A stretch of DNA of 64,000 nt, from contig JBHGNT010000008.1 of the NCBI GenBank assembly GCA_043228905.1, positions 19,096,001 to 19,160,000 on the forward strand. The letters run 5' to 3'. The translations under genes were made by a program, and so were the position numbers. Below are positions 15,294 to 25,300 of this stretch, piece by piece. The notes under the pieces are model-generated. The model was not told where the DNA came from. It searched no databases and saw only the letters and a program-made list of their open reading frames with translations. The stretch comes from Azolla caroliniana. Its lineage: Eukaryota; Plantae; Polypodiophyta. Each line of letters begins with the position of its first letter. Position 1 is the first letter of the stretch.

Positions 15294-18070
15294 TTACGGA
15301 GAATCACTACTATAACTAATATACAATGACGATTCCTCATCATCATCCTCGGATGTACCAATCAGTGCATTATCTTCGTCATAAACCAAATGGTTTGACT
15401 CTAGATTATATGTAGCAGATCTCGTTTTCCTTTGACTCGAGCCACCTTGTAGACCTGGTAATTTTTCTTTTATTATATCTATTGTTGACTTCCTTAATCG
15501 TCCGGCTTTTGTAAGTGTGAAGTCGTACACGATGATATCCACATCAGAGATATCAAGGGTCGAGGTGTTACGAATGTTTCGCTTCCTCTTCCTACCTCCC
15601 CTTCTTGTTTGGCATTCAATCATCTCCAATGTATACTTGTAAAAGCATTTGCACTTCTAGTGTTGTACCAATGAACATTTATAGACTTGATCGTGTTTTC
15701 TATTTCATGCATTAGCACTTCTAGAATTTTACCAACCCAAAATTGGTGGCCATGTGAGTTCTCATCAGCCGGCGTTGCAATCAACATCCCCGCGGTGAGC
15801 TCTTGCAAATTTCCTTGCCATCTAGCTTCGGCTACTTTGGTCATCCTTGGTCCCACATAAATGTCTCTTTGTTGTGGATGGACCAAGCTGTCATTAATCG
15901 CATTTACTAGTCGCTCCGGACTTCTATTTACGCGATCATGTTGCAGCGACCATGTGAATGGCGTTTCCAAATTCCAATTATCAACAGATACACAATTGTC
16001 TATAATTTCATTCTGATCACTATAAAATACATCCCACCATGACGTGTCTTGTTGTGCGGCATATTTCTTGGCGGCCTCAATATGCTTTCTTTTTTCTTCT
16101 AAGGCTTGGAGCCATGACCGTTTTTGTTCTGATACCAAGTCGCTCTGCAACTGTCCTTTCTTCTCAATTGGCATTTGCTTAGCTCCATGGACAATTGTAC
16201 TCGGCATACAAAGTAATAACTGGCAACCACCTTCAGGTTCCCATGTTGTAGAAGATGAATATTGTTTAGCATACAAAAGTGTAGAACCACTTATTCCATT
16301 TTTCTTTATCAAAAAAATGTGATTGAAACTTATATTGTTTAACTGAGCAAGCACTTTAACATTCCCACCACCCCCATCTAATATATATCTCTTAAAGTCA
16401 TATACCTCCTTCAAGTGTAACACTTTTGGGCGTGGTGTATATGCATCACAAATGACATCAAATAGTTTAGGTAAAGTGAAAGCATCATGCCGAGACAACT
16501 GTCTGGAGAATGTGCTAAACATCTGATCTATATGGTCATGTGTATGGCCAACCAAAAGGAAATTGACTTTCACTTTTCTAAACAATTCTAGGTTGACCAA
16601 CATACTTAGATAGCCAAATACAGTTGAATTTTTGTTCTCTCTAGCAGTATTGTCCAATTGAATGTATAGAACAGGGGGGAAAGGTTGTCCCCAAGACATC
16701 AAAACTCGGTGAATCACTGTAACTGTTAGGTTAGGGTCATTGTGAACATTGGGGTAAGTAATGAAGACGTGAGGTCGAACAGACCTATTATAAGCCAAGC
16801 ACCCCACCAAGTACATTTGAACAAGGCACTCATCATTGACATCTTTGGGGAGCCTCCGCATATGCGGCAATCATGTCTTCTTCTGGTCCATGCCATCTAT
16901 CATTAAGCACATGTATTGTTCAGGCCTCTTCAAACACTTCTCTCTATGATGCATCGCCTTCCTTCGTTCTAAGGATTGTGCCTCACGATGCTCTTGTAGT
17001 AACTTCTTACTCGTATCCTTTTCCATTGATGTCTTTGCACCTTTAGCCAAACTTTTAAGATTTGCACAAATGGAGCAATACCCCATACGTACTTTACGAG
17101 GAATAATAACATTTGAAAACCGAGCTCTCCATAATCTTGTGAATTGGCTATAGGTGATAGACTTATTACGTGAGCCCAGCATTTCAGATCGATAGACATC
17201 ATAAACTTCCCGACGGGTATAATTATCAGAAAGATGCATCCTACCTGTAGTGGGCATTACTTCACAATTTAACTGAAAGTAAGTTTTCATCCAGCCAATA
17301 GCTAGTCTTCCAATTGCACCTTTCATACTTGGAACCTCTTTACAATTGAGCATCTGATCCCCGCTAAGTAGACGTTGTTGTACTCTATGTAGCCGCATGT
17401 TACTAACACATAACGCAATTTTGAATGCAACTCTACATATCTGTTGCGCATGGAAGATATAATACTCGAATGATACTTTGATCCCCGTACATTTGTCAGA
17501 TACTAGTTGCATATGTGATCCGAGGTAAGTGTCTTGCTCATCACCGGTCATCGAAAAATAGTATCGCCTTAATTCTCGCAACTTTGATTTTCCAATCATA
17601 GACATACAACCACGGGCACAACATATTTTGTTGACATCAAATCCAATCTGTTTATCTGATGTCACCAAGCTAAATCTAGCCAGACGAATTCTTCGTGGGA
17701 TTCTTCTAATATGCATAGGGCTCCCAGATTTCTCTTTCTGCATAGAGGTTGGTGTAACCTTGTTACAGTCTAATTCTCTGTTCTGACCATCGCCAATGTT
17801 ATTCAATGTTTCCTGGGCACTTCCTTCATTCTCGGTATCTTTATTAATATCGTATTCTTCAATAGAGAACTCTTCACATGTGTCATTATTTACATTCCCT
17901 GTAGATGAGCTCAGACAATATTCTTCGATAGAATATGGTGAGTCGGTCGACAGACAATATTCTTCAATCGAATATGGTGACTCTGTTGACAAACAATACT
18001 CTTCAGTAGAAAACGATGGGTCTGATGACAAACAATATTCTTCAATCGAGAACGGTGAATCTTCACTCAT
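15294..18070 (-). pseudogene. Transposase-like gene (Sola1/DUF7869-type DDD), ~930 aa, one premature stop and one frameshift
   Basis: Motifs LMIDGMDQKKT*LPH, LYIQLDNTARENKN, FLLVGHTHDHIDQMFS give three acidic catalytic positions; upstream Cys/His motifs (CCARGC, CRVAF, CSIC..H). In-frame TGA at 16871-16873 joins two ORFs; frameshift at ~15635 joins the 15294-15629 ORF. Superfamily call from motif memory. Confidence 0.75.
17900..18058 (-). repeat. 39-bp coding tandem repeat (13 aa, F/YSIEEYCLSxxxx) x4 at the transposase N-terminus
   Basis: Seen in translation; a fifth partial copy FSIEEY lies downstream. Confidence 0.9.
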
Positions 18071-18742
18071 GGCTTAAGGTCTAGATAGGGCTCTCTAAGT
18101 TATACTCCTCTCTAAACATATACTCCTCCCTAAACATAAACTTCTCTCTAAACAAAAGCCAAATCAATAGAATGTCTATATTATGTAATATTCTATTAAT
18201 ACAATACATCTAAAAATTATTTTTAATAAAGTAATTTTACTTAAATTATCAATCATTATATAAACTAGATCTAAATGATGTTAAATCAAGTAAAATATAA
18301 AACTAATCATTAACAAGCCTTGAATATGTTGGATTAATGTTAAAATCATTGGCTAATTAATGGCACCCATTTTGATATAGAACGTCTCACGCATTGGTTC
18401 TTTAATGCTCACCATTTTAAATATTAGACTTATCAATCATTGGTTAATTCATGCCCACATCTTTAATACATAACATTTGAGAGTCATAAAAATTGTTGCT
18501 TTTAGTAATCAATCATTGGTACATTCATGAACCTCTATCATTGTCTCCTTCATAACCTTTGAAGTCATTGTAGGTTGTTATGACTATAAAAGATTGATCA
18601 ATATGTTAGTTTGACTTTGTAATCATTAATACAATCATAAGTTACTCTAGTTAATGTGACTATGGTTACCAACTAACTATCCTCAAAGTTACCAACATTG
18701 GTTAAGGTGACTATGGTTACTTTAACCAATGTGTTCAATCCC

Positions 18743-18750
18743 TATAAATA
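18743..18750 (+). promoter_or_regulatory. TATA box of the ParB-MTase gene
   Basis: CCTATAAATAGG ~140 bp upstream of ATG 18885, preceded by several ATTGG (reverse CCAAT) motifs in the AT-rich divergent intergenic region. Confidence 0.6.
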
Positions 18751-18969
18751 GGAAGACCTCGTCATATTTCACTCACCAGAGCGTACAGAGCGTACAGAGC
18801 GTACAGAGCACACAGAGCACACAAAGCACTCAGAGCACAAAGCACGAAAGCGCGATCTCCACCTCCACTTCAACACGATCAACCATGTCTTCAAAGAGAA
18901 TCGAGCGCGAGGACTCCAGGTAGGCCTATGACACTGTGGACATTTTTGTAAATATGTTTCGTTTCTCAA

Positions 18970-19404
18970 GAACTCGATACGGCGTATCAAGTTCATGTAT
19001 ACAATACAAATATTTATACACGAACTCGATACGGCGTATCGAGTTCGTGTATAAATATTTGTATTGTATACATGAACTCGATACGCCGTATCGAGTTCGT
19101 GTTTAAAGTGTAGGTTTCAAAAAGAATCTCGATATGCCGTATCGAGTTCGTGTTTAAAGTTTGAATTTTAAAAAGGAACTCGATACGCCGAATCGAGTTC
19201 CTATTTATAGTGTAGGTTTTAAACAGGAACTCGATACGCCGTATCGAGTTTCTGTTTAAAACCTACACTATAAATAGGAACTCGATACGGCGTATCGAGT
19301 TCCTTTTTAAAATTCAAACTTTAAACACGAACTCGATACGGCGTATCGAGTTCGTGTTTAAAGTGTAGGTTTTAAACACGAACTCGATACGGCGTATCGA
19401 GTCC
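18970..19404. repeat. Array of nine 25-bp palindromes GAACTCGATACG(G/C)CGTATCGAGTTC with ~26-27-bp AT-rich spacers
   Basis: Units at ~18970, 19022, 19074, 19125, 19176, 19227, 19278, 19329, 19380 (period 51-52 bp); inside intron 1 of the ParB-MTase gene. Confidence 0.95.
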
Positions 19405-22363
19405 CTGTATATAAGAAGGCTTTGAGAGAGAAAAATCGTTTATGGGGTGGAAATGATATCAAATTGTCTGGCAAAATCAGTCTTTTTTATGTTGACTTTA
19501 CTTACTTTTAAAGAAATACATGCTCTAATTATAGGTGTTTTATGACCTACTTTAGCTTAAAATAGTAGAAAATGATCTACAAATTGCCTTTACTATGGCA
19601 AATTCTCCTTAATATAGGTTTAGAATCTATATAAGTCATACCTACTATTTAAAAGAATATATAACCCGTTTTACTTATTACGATATATATTTTCTAGGTT
19701 GAATAGCCCTGCCTATAATAGATTTTTGAATATGTTACTGCTCCTGGAAACTGTTCTTCATTATAATATACAACTTCAATCTACGTGACTGTCTAACTTA
19801 TGTTTTTGCATATACTTTCTTAAATAGGTCGTTTGAGAACCTGTCGGACCGACCCGTGAAGAAAATTAAGCTTCGCATACAAGGTTCTCCAATCGAAGCC
19901 CAGACCAAGGTAGCTCCTGAGACCATGAAGAGAGGAAAAAAGCTTCTCTTTAACGAAGAGACAAAATCTCAGCCACATAGTGATGTTAGCCAAAAGAAAC
20001 TTGTCGCCGCTACTGGAGGCGAAGACCTTCCTGACCGAGATCTAACGGACAAGGAATGGTGTATGCAATATGTCGACTCAAAGAAAAAAGTCGTATTGTA
20101 TACAGCAAAGAAGAAGGGTGAGGGGCAGCTTGGAAAAGAAACCCCATTTATGTATGGCCGTATTCTACGATTTGACTACGAAGATGCAGATTCGGCCAAC
20201 ATACTGGTAATGATAGAGTGCTCCAAGGGGGTACGTAAAGTGTTCCTTTCAGAAGACCTTTTAGTAAAGGAATCTTGTGGGCCTGAAGTGTTCAAAAAAG
20301 CACTTGATAACTCACAAAACCTGATTGTTACCTTGAGGCCTTATATACAAGGCCATGTAACTCTAAGAGATGAAGAGCCCTCCCCCTTGAAGGCCACAAA
20401 AAAGGTATCCAAAGTCCAGTCAAGACCAGCCAAGAAGAAGACAACGAAAATGTCGGATACGGATTCAACAAGTGAAAATGAAGAAGAGGATAATAAGGGG
20501 ACGCCAGGAGCCGAGCTGGCCTCGGGTGTTTTGTCATCCGAGCAGAATAAAATAAGGAGAGAGTTAATGCAACGAAAGCTGGTCAGGAAAGGGCAAGTAT
20601 TTAATTTGCCTATAACACATATCCATCGGCCCCCTATTGATGAAAAAACAGGTCGAAGACCACTTGAGATTAGAGAGCCTCACCGCATGCATGTTCAAAA
20701 TCTCAAGAAAAAAATGAAAATTAATCCTCATGCCACTGTGGTGCCTTTTATTGTTATGGTAGATCCTGAAGAATGTGAAACCATTGAAGATTTTGATATC
20801 AGAAAGCATGATCAATATAATTATTTTGTCATTGGTGGATCGCATTCAGCAGAGGCACGTCGACAACTTGTGAGAGAACATCCAACCACTTTCTTCTTCA
20901 AGTATGCCGAGTGCAAAATTTATGTTGGGCTCACAACCGAAGAGGCTAAGATGTTGGCATGGGACCATAATAATGATAATGACTATAGGCAGAAAATGTC
21001 GTCTATTGAGCGTATACGGTTCTTCCACCACGAGTATTTAGATGTGAAACAAAAGTTTGGTGTGAAGTTACATCCAGGCCTTCGACGTCAATGTCTGCAT
21101 GAAGTCGGCATTGTGGTAGATGATAATGTTAGGTCCGATGGTCTTCGAAAGTATGAGTCTTGGTTTCAATTGGCGTTTAGAGATGGAGAAGTATGGGACC
21201 TCCAAGATCAAATCTTCTCAATGTGGGAGAATAAGGAGGTAAAGGGTCAACGACAAAAGAAATGTAGGGTTGACCCTCAACTAGAATTAAAGTCACAAGC
21301 CGCCAAGAAAATTGACTTGACAATTGAAGAAGCGGCAGACGACATGAAGTTGTCTCTATGGAGAGCGATGCAAGGTATTAAGGACGAGCAGCTTCTTGTG
21401 TCGGTTTTGTCAAGGGTTGTGGCGAAAGATTTAAGCCTCTAAGAAATGGTCACTGAGTTCAATAAGTAAGTCTTTCAAATACTGAAATTGTAGTCTATCT
21501 GGTGTAATTCAAAGTTCTAATCTTGATTTCTAATTTTACAGTCATAAGGTGTACATGAAGATCCAAGAAGTTATGATGAAACAACTTGGATGTATAACTT
21601 GGGAACAAGTGACTGAGGATTATCCTCTAACGTCTTCGTATAAGGCGTTATCAGAGTATTTTATTGCATTCAAGGATTGGGTTAGTATTCATGTTTTTTC
21701 ATTACCCTTTCATCATATGTAGAGCTTGTATAATAATACCTGATGTCCTATTGCTTCTATTAGAAACCGTGTCGAGGCAAGAAACAAGGAGAAGTTAAGG
21801 ATATACACGATTTCCCTACATCCTTCCTTGCACATCTGGAGCGAGCCAGAAAAGAAAAGGATCGTCGCTTAGTCAAGGCGTACGAAATGGAGGAAGATGG
21901 CTCGTTTAAAAAATTTAGCCACAAAAAAGATATTACGAGAGATCTTTACTACAATGTGGTTTGCGGTGATGTCATCGACTTGATCCAGAAGGTGCCAAAG
22001 AAGGAATATACGCTAATGATTGCGGATATTCCTTACGGATTTCGAATGGCTGGGTCATCATACGACGATGAACCGTTTAGGTTTAAACAATTGGAGAAGA
22101 TGGTCAAGGATTTCGCTGAGCTAACGACCGCATCCTTGTGGCGAATAGTTGTCTTTCATAGTATGGACCAAGGGTACTCGGTAGCTCAAGCTTTGAGATC
22201 TCGTTGCCATGGCATCGAGAACCTTGCATGGTAAGGATTATTTATAGGTGTCTTTCATTATATTGCAATTCTTAAGGTTGTTGAATCTATTCTTAACTCG
22301 ATGAATTATTTTTTATAGGATCAAGACCAATGTAAATAGAGGGCCAACTTTTCGGTTCGTTAA

Positions 22364-25300
22364 TGTTGGGATTTCGGTCCCTCCGGATGGGATGTCCGGA
22401 GATGAATGACGGCAAGCCCGGTTGCGGTTACGGAACCGGAGGATGAAGAGTACCCGGCATGAAGCCGGATGAAGAGAGCCCGGCTACGGAGCCGGATGAT
22501 GAAGACCCGGGCTACGGAGCCGGATGATGAAGACCCCGGCTACGGAGCCGGATGACGAAGACCCCGGCTACGGAGCCGGATGACGAAGACCCCGGCTACG
22601 GAGCCGGATGACGAATGTACCCGGAGAGAGATCCGGATGCGGAGACATATTTGTGAATATGTTTTGCCAAGAGCCCTTGAGGCTATATTTGTAAATAGCC
22701 CGAAAGTCATATGTGTATAAATATGACTTAGGGCAAACAGTTTAGATGTTGTTGCTCATTTTCTGTTTTCCACGAAGAGGGAGCGAAGTGAGAGCAGCCG
22801 AGGGAGAGAGAGAGAGAGAGAGACGAAGAGGTCGTTGCCTCTGTGTATTGCCGCCGCCTGTGGTGAAGACAGTGAGCTCAAGGTTGTTGCCTTGAAGCTT
22901 CACCATTGTACATTCCTGTTCATAGTGATAGTTGGAGTTTGAGGACTCCCGTGGTTTTTCCCACTTAGGGTTTTTCCACGTGAAATATCCTGTGTACTAC
23001 TCTCTCTATAGTCTTCGTGTGCTTTGTATTTACCTGTTTTCTGTGAGTTAATCCTATTCCTCGGTTGTGGCCGAGCACCGTTTTCAACAAAGTGGTATCA
23101 GAGCACGGTTAACACAGAAAATGGAAGGCGGCGGTAGTGGGCCTCCGGGCATGATGGTGTTGAACTCACAGAACTACGCCGACTGGAAGATAAAGATGGA
23201 AGACCTTCTCATCGTCCGAGACCTGTATGAACCGATCGACAATGCCGAGATACCCAAGGGGGTAATAGAGTCGGAGTGGAAGCTCCTGAACCGGAAAGCC
23301 GTAGCGACGATCCGGCAATATGTCGATGTAAGTGTTCTGCAACATGTGGCGAACGATACGAACGCCTATGAGATGTGGAAGAAGCTGTCGGGCCTCTACG
23401 AGAGGAAGAATGCGTTGAACCGGACCTCCCTGATGAGGAAGATAGTGAACCTCAAGTACCGGGACGGCGAGAATATGGTGGAACACGTGAGCACGTTCAT
23501 GGGATTCGTGAACCAGCTTGCGGCGATCAAGTTCCCGCTGGAGGATGCAATGCAAGCCATCATTCTGATGTGTACGTTGCCGGAAAGTTGGGAGAACTTG
23601 GTGGTGACTCTCAGCACCTCCTGTACCGAAGATAACTTGTCTCTACAGACGGTAAAGACAAGTATTTTGAACGAAGAAGCGCGTCGGAGAGATAAAGAAC
23701 CGGCCTCCGACTCGAAGGCGCTGCTTACCGAATCGGAACGGGGAAGACAGTGGAACCGGAGTCCGCAAAGACGGGAGAAGTCGGGGACCCGGTCACAGTC
23801 GAGAGGAAGACCCACATGCTTCCACTGTGGGAAGCCGGGGCACTTCCGGAAGAATTGTCGGCATTACCGAAAGGACAACGGAGCAGTCGACACCGATTCG
23901 AAGAAGTCCCCGGAGAGAAACGGTGCATACCGGGGAGCCACGGACCGGAGAGGTCCGGATAGGCGAGGGCAGGACCGGAAAGGAACGACGGCACTCGCGG
24001 CAAGTGAAGAAGAGATAATGCTCATTACCGAAGAGAGGGAGCTGAACCTTGCCGGTGAAGAGATGACCTGGGTGGTCGATTCCGGAGCGTCGTTCCACCT
24101 GACCCCGGAGAAGAAATACTTCTCGTCCTACACAGCCGGTGAGCACGGCTGTGTCCGGATGGGAAATGAAGGAACATGCCGGATTGCCGGCATAGGAGAC
24201 GTGTGGCTGATGACATCAACCGGATGCAAGATGCTGCTGAAGGATGTGCGACACGTTCCGGAGGTCCGATTGAACCTGATCTCGGCCGGGAGGCTAGATG
24301 ATGAAGGCTACACGGGTAGCATCCGGAACGGTGTCATGAAGTTCAGCAAAGGGAGCCTGATAGTGGCTCGGGCCCGGAAAGACAACACACTGTACCTGAT
24401 GAATGCCCGGTTATGTCCGGAAGAGCTGAATGTGGCAGCCGACACTGCCGGTGAGCTGTGGCACAAGAGACTGTGCCACATGAGTGAGAAGGGGATGAAG
24501 AGGCTTGCAGAAGACAACCTCATTCCAGTGAAGCATGTGCATCTGGAGAAGTGCACCGATTGCCTGGCCGGTAAGCAGAACCGAACCTCCTTCCACTCAA
24601 GGCCACCGACGAGACGTAGCGCACCATTGGAGTTGGTGCACACTGATGTGTGTCAGGTAGAAACGAAGTCACATGGCGGAGCCCAGTACTTCGTGACTTT
24701 CATTGATGATCACAGCCGGAAGCTGTGGACGGCGCCGTTGAAGACAAAGGACCAAGTGTTGTCCGTCTTCAAAGAACTCCACGCGAGAGTGGAAAGAGAA
24801 TCCGGCAAGAAGCTGAAAGCGATACGAGCGGATAACGGAGGGGAATACCGGGGGCAGTTTGCGGAGTACTGTCGCTCGAAGGGAATCCGGCTCGAGTTTA
24901 CTGTGCCGAAGACGCCGGAACTAAACGGGCTGGCCGAGAGGATGAACCGGACCATAATGGAGAGGGTCCGGAGTATGCTGGCGCATGCGAAATTACCCAA
25001 GGGGTTTTGGGCTGAGGCAATGTCGACGGCGACATACGTGATAAACAGATCACCCTCAGTACCTTTGGACGGAGACACGCCGCAGAGAGTGTGGACCGGT
25101 AGGGAAGTATCTTACCGGCATCTGAAGGTGTTCGGGTGTCTCGCATACGTGCATGTGGCAAAGGACCGGAGAGGAAAGCTAGATCCGAAGACCCGGCCAT
25201 GCATATTCCTCGGTTACGGCGACGACGAGTTCGGCTACCGAGTATGGGACCCGGTCGACAAGAAGATATTCAGGAGTCGAGATATCATCTTCATGGAAGA

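Noticed and set aside
18970-19404. CRISPR array
   Set aside because: Repeat and spacer lengths look CRISPR-like, but the spacers are related to or reverse complements of each other, there are no cas genes, and the array lies in a eukaryotic intron.
23067-23120. ORF-track start for the Copia B polyprotein
   Set aside because: This GTG start lies in the LTR/PBS; the ATG at 23121 is the plausible start.
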